Notes: generated by a model not told the origin, from the sequence alone. A DNA stretch of 33,198 nucleotides from a virus (IMGVR_UViG_3300045919_000425:1-33198); one strand, 5' to 3'; positions 15,208-23,598 are shown, counted from the first letter of the stretch. Program-made: numbers and translations.

Positions 15208-15483
15208 ATGTTTGACTTTCTTATTATCCTGTCCCTGGTTTTAATGTCATTACCGTTATTTGAATTAATGTTAACCGTATTTGGTTGTTTTGTGGAGATA
15301 AGTCTAGGTCTTACGGTTTTCCTATTTGTTGCCGGGACAATAATGTTTATAACCACATGCACAGCCTACGAGGAACAACGAATCAAGCTAATTACTACAG
15401 AATGCACATTTAAGCAAGGTCATATTAAAAAGTTGCGCAATGATAATATTTGCTTATCAACTGATGGAAGGATACTCGAATAA
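15208..15483 (+). CDS. two-helix membrane protein
   Basis: AGGAG RBS favours ATG 15208; long hydrophobic N-half. Confidence 0.65.
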   Translation: MFDFLIILSLVLMSLPLFELMLTVFGCFVEISLGLTVFLFVAGTIMFITTCTAYEEQRIKLITTECTFKQGHIKKLRNDNICLSTDGRILE

Positions 15484-15620
15484 TGCTTTACTGGTTAATC
15501 GTTTTAGTTTTAATTCCATTAACTGTTATTGTTGGTTGTGCAATTGGCTTTCTGTTTATCTGTTTTATTGCTGGCCTTATTCACCCAAAGAAGGAGATTA
15601 AACATGAAAACTCAAAATGA
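15483..15620 (+). CDS. 45-aa membrane peptide
   Basis: TAATG coupling; MLYWLIVLVLIPLTVIVGCAIGFLFICFIAGLIHPKKEIKHENSK. Confidence 0.55.
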   Translation: MLYWLIVLVLIPLTVIVGCAIGFLFICFIAGLIHPKKEIKHENSK

Positions 15621-15792
15621 TTTTAGTGGGTTAAATGAGTCCGAGATCCGGACTATTTCTATTGAGAGTGCGGAACGTTACTTGCGTTCAAAATACACCA
15701 ATGAACCACATTTACTTTATGCTGTCAAACCATTAACAAATAAAGATACCGCTCACTTAGAGCAAATCAACCAACGACTTAAGAAGGATTGA
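15604..15792 (+). CDS. hypothetical protein
   Basis: AAGGAG RBS favours ATG 15604 over the TTG 15529 call. Confidence 0.6.
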   Translation: MKTQNDFSGLNESEIRTISIESAERYLRSKYTNEPHLLYAVKPLTNKDTAHLEQINQRLKKD

Positions 15793-15817
15793 CAACTAGG
15801 AATTTTCTTGCTAGATT
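15789..15817 (+). promoter_or_regulatory. sigma70 promoter P8
   Basis: TTGACA-17-TAGATT followed by a 5' hairpin. Confidence 0.65.
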
Positions 15818-15873
15818 AGTTATAGGAGAATTTAAAGCTAGATTCTCTCATTAACCAATTTAAGGAGTTCTTC

Positions 15874-16401
15874 ATGAAAAACTTACTCGCTTCTTTGATA
15901 TGCCTTCTTCCAATAGCCGCACTTGCGACAACCTTATCACCTTCAGAGCTAAGAACAAGAGCGATCAACCAGATTCAAGGCCAAGCGACCGAAACGGGCT
16001 TTATCGCAAATATGTCTGAAGAAAACATCAAGGGCGTTATGGAGGCGATACAACCAACACCAATGAAACCTAAAGTGTATGGCGAGCTATCATGCGCCGC
16101 TTACGTAGTACGTAACAAGGTAGCAATCCCCATAGAAGGGCTGACGTTATCTGTAGATTTAGCTTCATTTGATAATGATGTTCAACGTAATGTAAGTTCT
16201 TTCGAGATTTACATGATCCACAAGTACAACTTAGGTAGCTCAAAAATTATTCATAAGACAGCACAGATAACAGCGACTCAAAGAAAAATACTAAAAACTA
16301 AGAACAAAGATATTTTCTTTATAGACTGGATCGCTCATGACTCCTCGGGCTATAAAGCGACCATGGTTTGCTACTGGTCAAAAAATAAACTCATAAAATA
16401 A
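15874..16401 (+). CDS. exported protein (signal peptide)
   Basis: MKNLLASLICLLPIAALA N-terminus. Confidence 0.7.
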   Translation: MKNLLASLICLLPIAALATTLSPSELRTRAINQIQGQATETGFIANMSEENIKGVMEAIQPTPMKPKVYGELSCAAYVVRNKVAIPIEGLTLSVDLASFDNDVQRNVSSFEIYMIHKYNLGSSKIIHKTAQITATQRKILKTKNKDIFFIDWIAHDSSGYKATMVCYWSKNKLIK

Positions 16402-16413
16402 TTTCATAATCAC

Positions 16414-16442
16414 TTGACTTCTAGTTAAGACTCGTGTAGTAT
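16414..16442 (+). promoter_or_regulatory. early sigma70 promoter P9
   Basis: TTGACT-17-TAGTAT; upstream 26 nt shared with P5. Confidence 0.8.
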
Positions 16443-16467
16443 ATAAACAGGGAGAAGAGAAGGGTAA

Positions 16468-16510
16468 AAGCCGAGTGGGTTAATCACCACAGTAAATAAC
16501 ACGATGGCTT
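16468..16510 (+). ncRNA. apical module of family R1 (short copy D)
   Basis: AAGCC-GA-GTGG GTTAATCA CCAC-A-rich-GGCTT. Confidence 0.5.
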
Positions 16511-16555
16511 CAAGCTTCAAGCCCCGAACCGATAATTAACTTTAAGGAGAGTCTC

Positions 16556-16627
16556 ATGTTCACAATCATCATCGCAATCACAGTTGTCTCAATGCTAGGA
16601 ATCGGGATCTACGGGAGCACAAAATGA
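16556..16627 (+). CDS. 23-aa membrane micropeptide
   Basis: AAGGAG RBS; MFTIIIAITVVSMLGIGIYGSTK. Confidence 0.55.
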   Translation: MFTIIIAITVVSMLGIGIYGSTK

Positions 16628-16749
16628 TAATAGCTCTTTACTTTCTAATAAACGCACCACTGCTAGCTTATTTAGTCCTCACTGAGCGTTGGTTGACAGT
16701 TTCCCTAGCTTTTATCTTAAATGTGATTTTAGTTATTTACTATTTTTAA
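16624..16749 (+). CDS. 41-aa membrane micropeptide
   Basis: ATGA overlap; MIIALYFLINAPLLAYLVLTERWLTVSLAFILNVILVIYYF. Confidence 0.55.
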   Translation: MIIALYFLINAPLLAYLVLTERWLTVSLAFILNVILVIYYF

Positions 16750-16758
16750 GGAGCTTCA

Positions 16759-16854
16759 ATGCTAACCGTAATCATCCTTATGGGCGTTCTATTTACTGGA
16801 GTCTACTTCTTCCTTCGCTCCGTTGACAACTGCAATAAAAGGATTTCAAAATGA
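16759..16854 (+). CDS. 31-aa membrane micropeptide
   Basis: AAGGAG RBS; MLTVIILMGVLFTGVYFFLRSVDNCNKRISK. Confidence 0.55.
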   Translation: MLTVIILMGVLFTGVYFFLRSVDNCNKRISK

Positions 16855-17171
16855 AAGTAATCATCGCAACCGTTTTAGCTCTTGCCTCTCATGCTTACGC
16901 TTACTCTAAGCAATTACAAGGGCAGGCAATGTGCCAAAGTTCCGATAATGAGGCTATTGTGAACATTTATAGCCCTATCACTAAATTGACTCCGAAGGAA
17001 GTTCAAGCTTTTGTTAATAAAACAGCACGAACCTATGGAGTGGACACAGTAGATCAATCAACAGTGATCAAAAGCAACGGAGCATTCGAGCAATCATTTT
17101 TCTTGTCTAACTCTATTACATCCTACGCTATGAAGATTCAATGCACATGGACAAAAAACTTACAATACTAA
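16851..17171 (+). CDS. exported protein (signal peptide)
   Basis: ATGA overlap; MKVIIATVLALASHAYA. Confidence 0.7.
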   Translation: MKVIIATVLALASHAYAYSKQLQGQAMCQSSDNEAIVNIYSPITKLTPKEVQAFVNKTARTYGVDTVDQSTVIKSNGAFEQSFFLSNSITSYAMKIQCTWTKNLQY

Positions 17172-17623
17172 GGAGAATTAAATTAAAAATAGGTACAGTT
17201 GTTAGAGTAGCCGCTCCTGATTTGGGATATTATAATATGACGGGTGTAGTATATGAACAGGGTTACATTACTGATGTATTACTAGTTGACGCTGGGGTTA
17301 TAGTATCTTTCAGAAAGGATGATTTAGAACCCTATAATAAAAGACTTATAGCTCTTGATGGTAAATTGGAAGTAATTGCTCGCTGGCTAGACGGTGAACC
17401 CATAGAATACCTTGTAGGTGACAGATGGAAGGTAGCGAAGTACTCGGACGACTTATTGTCCATACTCAAACAGCATGACTTGAGAATACAAGAGTCGGAG
17501 AAGTTCCAATGGGTTTTTGATAACGGGCATGGCAAAGAGCTAACCAACGGTTACTACACCGAGGAAGATATTAAGGAACGAAACCCAAACAGTAAAGTGT
17601 TTATCAAAATACCTAACTCATAA
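17141..17623 (+). CDS. hypothetical protein (N-terminal KOW/SH3-like segment)
   Basis: LKIGTVVRV..MTGVVYE pattern; start uncertain. Confidence 0.6.
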   Translation: MHMDKKLTILRRIKLKIGTVVRVAAPDLGYYNMTGVVYEQGYITDVLLVDAGVIVSFRKDDLEPYNKRLIALDGKLEVIARWLDGEPIEYLVGDRWKVAKYSDDLLSILKQHDLRIQESEKFQWVFDNGHGKELTNGYYTEEDIKERNPNSKVFIKIPNS

Positions 17624-17637
17624 ACTCAGGAGGTTAA

Positions 17638-17883
17638 ATGCTAGCCCAATTTAAGGATCGTGAATCGGTAACTTTCTGGTTGCCCATCACCACCGATCTT
17701 GTACTAGCTCTTGATAACTTGTTGGTTGAGAATTCTATCAGTGTGCCAGTGAGTAAAATCAGAGCGCAACTTAATAAGCTAAGCTTGAATGAGATCTACT
17801 ACCGACTATTAAGCAGTAGGGATAACTGGACTCTCTTAACCCCTAGGGAAATTATCAAGCTAAGGAAGCTAGCACAACCCTAG
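17638..17883 (+). CDS. hypothetical protein
   Basis: AGGAGG RBS. Confidence 0.7.
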   Translation: MLAQFKDRESVTFWLPITTDLVLALDNLLVENSISVPVSKIRAQLNKLSLNEIYYRLLSSRDNWTLLTPREIIKLRKLAQP

Positions 17884-17894
17884 AGAGAAGTCAA
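17866..17894 (-). promoter_or_regulatory. candidate antisense promoter at the right end of the early island
   Basis: minus strand TTGACT-17-TAGCTT. Confidence 0.4.
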
Positions 17895-18072
17895 GGACAG
17901 GAACTACCTTGCGACAAAATGAAAGTTCCATAGTTTTTTCTTTCTGGGGATGGCCGGTAGCCCCACCCACGAATTTTCTAAAAATTTTGAAATATTGGGC
18001 TGTTGATAAATAAGGATAACTTTCCTACCAGAAACTCAACCAACTCTCAATCCAATCTTTTCCTTCGCCTCA

Positions 18073-18609
18073 TCAGAGTTCCCATACTAAAACTGCATCC
18101 AATCCATTATTAAACTCAATCGTTCTTGTTGGCTTTACGAGATCTATCCAATACTGGAGTGGTAAAAGCCTTTCATCTCCAAAGGAGGGTGTCTTCCATC
18201 CTTCGAGTGGTACATAATGTACAACCTTCTTAGCAGTGAATCTCTGTCTATGGATAATCCGCTTAATATCTTCATCGTTGAAATGTTCCAAAACTCCATG
18301 AGAGAAGATTATGTCTGGCTCATTGTCTACATATTGGAAGTTCAGAATACTTCCTTGAACTAAGTCAATCTTGCGATCTCCAATATTAACCCTAGCTAAA
18401 TTCAGTTGCTCTGGACATAAATCAAAAGCCGTGTGCTTTTTCCTACTTTTATGGTAAACAATCTTTGATATTGTCGCTATTCCACAGCCTTCTTCACTGA
18501 TATGATTAAGCGAGTGTAATTCGTCGATGAAGGCTTTGTACTTTATCTTACAATGTGCAGGATAAGAATCACCAACTCGTTTCTTGTAATACTCTGACCA
18601 TTCACTCAT
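18073..18609 (-). CDS. class I SAM-dependent methyltransferase
   Basis: EEGCGIA (motif I), AFDLCPEQL, QGSIL, DIIFSHGVLEHF. Confidence 0.85.
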   Translation of the reverse strand: MSEWSEYYKKRVGDSYPAHCKIKYKAFIDELHSLNHISEEGCGIATISKIVYHKSRKKHTAFDLCPEQLNLARVNIGDRKIDLVQGSILNFQYVDNEPDIIFSHGVLEHFNDEDIKRIIHRQRFTAKKVVHYVPLEGWKTPSFGDERLLPLQYWIDLVKPTRTIEFNNGLDAVLVWEL

Positions 18610-18655
18610 TTAATCATCCTCCAACACCCAAGGTGCCTCATATTGTACACACGCC

Positions 18656-18970
18656 TCAGATTCTTTTTGGTCGATACTTTGGACGGTATAAGTTAATAAC
18701 CTTACCGTCGATATAAATAAGGGTTAGCTTGATAAGTGTTCCTGTAACGCCCGGATTACAAAGAAAAAGAGGCTCATGTGTCGATAGAACATTCTCGATC
18801 AGATAATTAACGATCTTATCACCCTTATCGCCTACTCTTCGTACAAGGCATGGCTGCTGTGTTTCTTCATTAAATATCTCAAAAATCTCATCTGTAAAAT
18901 CAAGCTGATAGAAAACGCAACATGGGATTCTACCATCGCAATCAATCTCTTCAAGACGGTACCAATTCAT
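18656..18970 (-). CDS. YxDG-family small protein
   Basis: MNWY...KLTLIYIDGKVINL. Confidence 0.75.
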   Translation of the reverse strand: MNWYRLEEIDCDGRIPCCVFYQLDFTDEIFEIFNEETQQPCLVRRVGDKGDKIVNYLIENVLSTHEPLFLCNPGVTGTLIKLTLIYIDGKVINLYRPKYRPKRI

Positions 18971-19008
18971 TCAAAGCCTCCTTTCTGTATTCCTTATCTG
19001 ACACTCCA

Positions 19009-19272
19009 TTACACAAACAAAGAATCATATGCTCTGCAAGTAAACCTTGTTAATAAACCAGCCGTCGTCGTTTGACGAAAAAGTCCTTCTTCTTTGTAGT
19101 GCTCGATATAGAGTTCATAATCTATGAGAGATCCTGGCCAATGCTGAAGAGGATAATTTCTATATAACTCGATAATCAGGTCACGAACTTCGCCCCAGTC
19201 AGATTCTCGCCACTCAGAATTACTCATTACGCCCTCCTTAAGGTTTATTTGAAGTGTTATTGAATACTTCAA
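19009..19272 (-). CDS. hypothetical protein
   Basis: 87 aa, TTG start. Confidence 0.55.
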   Translation of the reverse strand: MKYSITLQINLKEGVMSNSEWRESDWGEVRDLIIELYRNYPLQHWPGSLIDYELYIEHYKEEGLFRQTTTAGLLTRFTCRAYDSLFV

Positions 19273-19304
19273 CCAGTTAATTTCATATCACTATCCCCTA
19301 AATA

Positions 19305-19333
19305 ACTGTAGCATAGTTTTATCTATTTGTCAA
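19305..19333 (-). promoter_or_regulatory. sigma70 promoter
   Basis: minus strand TTGACA-17-TACAGT. Confidence 0.6.
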
Positions 19334-19623
19334 GTACCTAAATTCTTAAACAAACTCCTTATTGTTTTCACGGTGCCGTCTAAGTAAATAATAATTAAAG
19401 TCAAATCTGCTGATTCCTTCTTGAAGCAGAGAGTTTTATAGATCATAGATGACAAATAGCCATCTCCTTCTTCAATTATTTCATCCCTTTGGTTAGTTCT
19501 ACGGTAATAATCAAACACTTCGTCATATGTGGAAAACTCCCGAAAAATAAATTCAACCTGATTGGGTAGTCTCTCAGTAGGCTTATAGGTCCAAAGTGAA
19601 AATCTCTTCATTTGAAAAGCCAC
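19330..19623 (-). CDS. YxDG-family small protein
   Basis: LTLIIIYLDGTVKTI. Confidence 0.75.
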   Translation of the reverse strand: MAFQMKRFSLWTYKPTERLPNQVEFIFREFSTYDEVFDYYRRTNQRDEIIEEGDGYLSSMIYKTLCFKKESADLTLIIIYLDGTVKTIRSLFKNLGT

Positions 19624-20000
19624 GAAAGGTCGCCCTTCACATAATCTCGCCTAAATCCACCAGAGATGACCTTTTCTATTTGATCCTTAAAAATAATCCG
19701 AATATTAAACTCCTCTGCCTTGTAGTCGATAAACCTATCAGAAATAAGGCTTTGAGATATAAATTCCGACAAAAGAAGGCTAAAATCATCGAATTCGAGA
19801 TTGTTCGCAATTAAGCCATCAACAGTCCTGGTTGTTAAATTTATATCCATCGTAAATTTAAGCTTTACATCAGGAAAGGATGAGATCACTGGCCGATGAT
19901 TACCTACAGGTACAGTGATCTCATCCTTGCAAACCTCATATATTCTTTGCTCAGTAAGAGAGCCGTCTAAATCCTCAAACACAAACACAGTGTTACTCAT
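19608..20000 (-). CDS. hypothetical protein
   Basis: AGGAG RBS, 130 aa. Confidence 0.7.
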   Translation of the reverse strand: MSNTVFVFEDLDGSLTEQRIYEVCKDEITVPVGNHRPVISSFPDVKLKFTMDINLTTRTVDGLIANNLEFDDFSLLLSEFISQSLISDRFIDYKAEEFNIRIIFKDQIEKVISGGFRRDYVKGDLSWLFK

Positions 20001-20029
20001 TTAAATCTCCTAGCTTATTAGTCTTCTAA

Positions 20030-20236
20030 CTAAAGAACTTTTGTCGATCCGTCCATGTAGTGAATCTCTACTGGAGTTGTGCAGTCAATTGCAAAATTCT
20101 TGTACTGAGTAATTTCCCAATCTGCAAAAGGAGTCCGGGTTTTAATTGGCCCACAATTCGGTCCTTTTTTGTTTACCTTCATAACTACTTCCAAGTTTCC
20201 GTATTTGGCTGTTTTAATCTCAATGATTTTCTCCAA
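20030..20236 (-). CDS. YxDG-family small protein
   Basis: PVEIHYMDGSTKVL. Confidence 0.65.
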   Translation of the reverse strand: MEKIIEIKTAKYGNLEVVMKVNKKGPNCGPIKTRTPFADWEITQYKNFAIDCTTPVEIHYMDGSTKVL

Positions 20237-20412
20237 TATGTTATCGTTTATTGCATAAGAAACGCAATCTGATCGGAGGTGGTTGGAGTATCACCTTCAA
20301 CATAAACAATTAATCCTGACTGCAATTCCTGAATAACACTAAAACTCATTGTTTCCCTTTCTATGGATAGTTTTATCAATAACATTTATCCATATTTCTT
20401 GAATTATCTTCC

Positions 20413-20655
20413 TCAAAATATGGATAAATGCCTAATTGTGCCATCTAAATAAACTAGAGTTAAGTAAAGAGGACAACATTCTACCTTTGAGTCAATAACC
20501 TCTCCACCTCTTCCTATGACATATGTATATTTTTTAGTTAAGAATTCATTAAGTACATAGTCCATTTCTTCGTCATCTAGCCAAAGACTCGATTTATTAG
20601 TTTCTATGAAAGTTCTTACCTCTGACTCACGCTTAATTATCCACTTTCGAGACAT
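20413..20655 (-). CDS. YxDG-family small protein
   Basis: CCPLYLTLVYLDGTIRHL. Confidence 0.8.
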   Translation of the reverse strand: MSRKWIIKRESEVRTFIETNKSSLWLDDEEMDYVLNEFLTKKYTYVIGRGGEVIDSKVECCPLYLTLVYLDGTIRHLSIF

Positions 20656-20678
20656 TAGACCTCCTGTTTATGTAATGC

Positions 20679-21005
20679 CTAAAACTCTATCACCTGAACG
20701 TCATAATCTGGATTAGACAAATCACAATTCCCGAACCTTTTAATCGAACCATCTTTGTATATAAATATTACCCCATAATGCAAGGGGTTTTCCAAAGCGA
20801 AAGAAAGAGAATCTGCAAGTATTGTGTTATCGGCGTAATAGGCCATTCTAAAATCACTGTAATCCACAAACTCTGGAAGTACGTCGAGTACTTTTTGTTT
20901 AACATCCCTAAGATTACCGTACTCTATATATAAGTGAATTGCAATATTAATATTGCAATATTGTGTGATCCTTCCAATCCAACTTTTATCATACTTCTTT
21001 ATCAA
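20679..21005 (-). CDS. YxDG-family small protein
   Basis: GVIFIYKDGSIKRF; start uncertain. Confidence 0.65.
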   Translation of the reverse strand: MIKKYDKSWIGRITQYCNINIAIHLYIEYGNLRDVKQKVLDVLPEFVDYSDFRMAYYADNTILADSLSFALENPLHYGVIFIYKDGSIKRFGNCDLSNPDYDVQVIEF

Positions 21006-21132
21006 ATTGGATCTCCTTTATTAGCCCGTCTAAGTATTGTATCTCTAAAAACAACGGGCAACAGCTTGCGAAATTACCTCCTGACTTGGTTGACTGAATA
21101 AGTTTACCTGAAATGAACTCTCATAGTCTCAT
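20989..21132 (-). pseudogene. YxDG-family remnant with in-frame TGA
   Basis: MRL*EFISGKLIQSTKSGGNFASCCPLFLEIQYLDGLIKEIQFDKEV*. Confidence 0.6.
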
Positions 21133-21152
21133 ACAATTTACTGTTATTTTTG

Positions 21153-21432
21153 TTAAGGCTTCTTTGGATTGTAGTTTGGATTCCAAATCTCTTTAGCTTT
21201 CCCATCCAAGGGAACTAACTTAGTCATCTCAACCTTTATATAATTCCAACCAATAAAATTATTAGTAGGATCTACATTAAAGTACTTAACAGTGAAGCAA
21301 AAATGGGGTATTTGTTAAAGTCTCGTACAACTCTCTTTCCATCTCTTCTTTTAGGAGCATCCCCGAGAACCTCCCTGACTTAGCAGTCATCTCCCTTAAG
21401 TCTCCTTCCTCATCTGTTATCCAATGACTCAT
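21153..21432 (-). pseudogene. frameshifted YxDG-family gene (one extra base)
   Basis: MSHWITDEEG...LTNTP joins FCFTVKYF...KLVPLDGKAKEIWNPNYNPKKP* if one T is removed from the T5 run (plus-strand A run 21299-21303). Confidence 0.6.
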
Positions 21433-21498
21433 CTTAATACCCCCCCTTTTTTTTAATATCTAATTAATGTCAAATATTTATCACGCAGTAGAGGGGGG

Positions 21499-21798
21499 TC
21501 AGTTCATTCTTTTGTAATTAGGGTGGTAAAGGTCTTTAATTAATCCATCTTTGTATTTTAATGTTAAATGAAGAATCGATATTACAACATATGCCTTAGT
21601 TTTAGTATCGAGTGATATTGGCACTTGCATGTAATGGAATATATTATTAATATCTTTATCGGATATTTTCTTGAAATGGTTACCTAAATCATGGTCAGAT
21701 TCTACCAGCTCTTCAACTTTTTCTCCGAAATAATTTCCCCCTATTATGCTGAGGGTTCCTACAACGAACGATGTAGTTCTTTTAACATACCAAGCCAT
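21499..21798 (-). CDS. YxDG-family small protein
   Basis: MAWY...LHLTLKYKDGLIKDL. Confidence 0.8.
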   Translation of the reverse strand: MAWYVKRTTSFVVGTLSIIGGNYFGEKVEELVESDHDLGNHFKKISDKDINNIFHYMQVPISLDTKTKAYVVISILHLTLKYKDGLIKDLYHPNYKRMN

Positions 21799-21846
21799 AA
21801 TCTCTCCTTTCTTATAAGTTTTTCGATAAACTTTCTTTTAATCTAT

Positions 21847-22056
21847 TTAAATCAGGCTAAGCTCTTTTACTGTTCCGTCTTTATAGGATAATTTAAGATA
21901 TAAAGGGCATGAGTTTATGTGCTCTATGGTCTTGTTAAAAAACCGTGAAATCCAAATATCTACATACTCGGAAATTACTGTGGTTCGGGAGAGACTTATA
22001 CATTCATAAAAGCAAAGATCTATGGAACCACATTCCTTATACCAGACACAGTTCAT
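21847..22056 (-). CDS. YxDG-family small protein
   Basis: CPLYLKLSYKDGTVKEL. Confidence 0.8.
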   Translation of the reverse strand: MNCVWYKECGSIDLCFYECISLSRTTVISEYVDIWISRFFNKTIEHINSCPLYLKLSYKDGTVKELSLI

Positions 22057-22343
22057 AATATGCCCTCAACTATTGATAGGTTCTTAATAGTTTCGTCCAA
22101 ATAGTGAACCTCTATAAAAAGCGGACAGAATTCTACTGTATTCCCGTTCCTATCTTCATATATCAATCGGAGTTTTTTGGCATAAAGTGTTTCGATCATA
22201 AACGACACACTTTGATTAGACACTTGATTCCAATTCGAATACCTGTTTTCTTCGTCAAACCTACCATCAGGAATTACCGATGAAGACTCCTTTAATATGA
22301 ATCTTGGGTAATTCATTAAATGATCTGTATTATAAAACCACAC
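22053..22343 (-). CDS. YxDG-family small protein
   Basis: CPLFIEVHYLDETIKNL. Confidence 0.8.
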   Translation of the reverse strand: MWFYNTDHLMNYPRFILKESSSVIPDGRFDEENRYSNWNQVSNQSVSFMIETLYAKKLRLIYEDRNGNTVEFCPLFIEVHYLDETIKNLSIVEGIL

Positions 22344-22353
22344 ATACTTCTCC

Positions 22354-22590
22354 TTAAATCTTAGTAATGTATTTTACGTTCCCACACTGGAAATGCAAAT
22401 ACATTTCCATCCATTTGTTTGCACCAAAAGGTTCTAATTCTGCTGGCTCTTCTCTACCGATTAAGACCGCAGAAATAAGATGATTTACCTCACTTTCTGA
22501 CACTTTCAATAATTTACGAGTTACTTTGGTTTCATCATTGAACTCATAGCACTGAAAACTTCTTTTCCATCCTAATTCTATAAACCACAT
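22354..22590 (-). CDS. small protein, divergent YxDG-like
   Basis: MWFIEL...MYLHFQCGNVKYI; ATG 22590 preferred. Confidence 0.6.
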   Translation of the reverse strand: MWFIELGWKRSFQCYEFNDETKVTRKLLKVSESEVNHLISAVLIGREEPAELEPFGANKWMEMYLHFQCGNVKYITKI

Positions 22591-22661
22591 AACTAAACCT
22601 TCTTTCTTTTTGCTATAAACCTCCTGTAACACTCATAATCCTCCTCACTTAGAAGGTTTAA

Positions 22662-22686
22662 CTGGTCTAATGTAATATTAGACCAG
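22662..22686. terminator. 10-bp perfect hairpin, possible terminator or processing site
   Basis: CTGGTCTAAT-gtaat-ATTAGACCAG; U-tract weak. Confidence 0.35.
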
Positions 22687-22794
22687 AACTTAATTAACTC
22701 CTTCTTCTTTTCTGGCTTTTTAACTTCAACAAGTACCTTTCGTTTCGATTTCATGGTTCCTCCAGAATAAATGTATCATACATATTCAAATAAG

Positions 22795-23097
22795 TCAAAA
22801 GGGTGAGAAGTACATATCTCCATAATTCGAGTATGGTCTACCTTCTCTGTTATCTATCTTCACAACTCTTCCGTCTTCATAGTAAATAGTGAAAAAATTT
22901 AATGCGCCAAATCTATTAGAAATAACTTCTGATATTAAACTTGATAACGTATCGGAAGAGTAAACATTACCAGATTTGCGAAACTTATCCGGTCTTGGGC
23001 AACTATCATTTTCAATGAAAATCACATTAACCCCTCGAACCTTATTCGAATTTTCCCTAAATCTTCGATAGTACAACCTATAGTAATTCTTTTTCAT
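22795..23097 (-). CDS. YxDG-family small protein
   Basis: FFTIYYEDGRVVKI. Confidence 0.7.
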   Translation of the reverse strand: MKKNYYRLYYRRFRENSNKVRGVNVIFIENDSCPRPDKFRKSGNVYSSDTLSSLISEVISNRFGALNFFTIYYEDGRVVKIDNREGRPYSNYGDMYFSPF

Positions 23098-23102
23098 TGT
23101 TA

Positions 23103-23435
23103 TTACCTTACATTAAAGAATTTACGGGCATCTTCCTCTTTTGCATAGTAAAGAGACTCCAGATATCCATCACAGATGAATTCTACTACAACACTCCCTG
23201 ACCAGTGAAGTATTAGGTTTGCGGTGTTTTCAGAAACATTCTCAATCATAACTCTTTGTCCGTCCTCGTACGTTATGGATATAGGTTTTCTATAGCCCTC
23301 AAGAACAGTGACTATGACTCGTTGCATGCTATCTTGATGTAATCTATTACTCCAATCAATTAAGGCATCAGCGGTATTTGAATTCTTTTCGATAAAATGA
23401 ACTCCGCCTAATGTTGGATAGAAGTATTTAGCCAT
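23103..23435 (-). CDS. YxDG-family small protein (motif internal)
   Basis: PISITYEDGQRVMI. Confidence 0.65.
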   Translation of the reverse strand: MAKYFYPTLGGVHFIEKNSNTADALIDWSNRLHQDSMQRVIVTVLEGYRKPISITYEDGQRVMIENVSENTANLILHWSGSVVVEFICDGYLESLYYAKEEDARKFFNVR

Positions 23436-23598
23436 GAGACCTAATCTCCTTCACTAAACCATCCGCATAATAAATGAGGGCTGTGTCCTTTGTTGAGCAT
23501 AAAATCAGAGAAATTTTTCGAGAAATAGATATTTCATTGTCCAGTGAGACATTGATGGATAACTCTTCTCTGCCTATTTTAAGTACTTTCTCGGCCAA
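23428..23598 (-). CDS. 56-aa YxDG-family protein (not in ORF track)
   Basis: GGAGG RBS, TTG start; ...TALIYYADGLVKEIRSHG. Confidence 0.55.
   Translation of the reverse strand: MAEKVLKIGREELSINVSLDNEISISRKISLILCSTKDTALIYYADGLVKEIRSHG

Noticed and set aside
6937-17547. Minus-strand ORF-track calls 6937-7125, 12720-12932, 13744-13962, 15147-15362, 17332-17547
   Set aside because: Antisense to RBS-led plus-strand genes or to promoter repeats.
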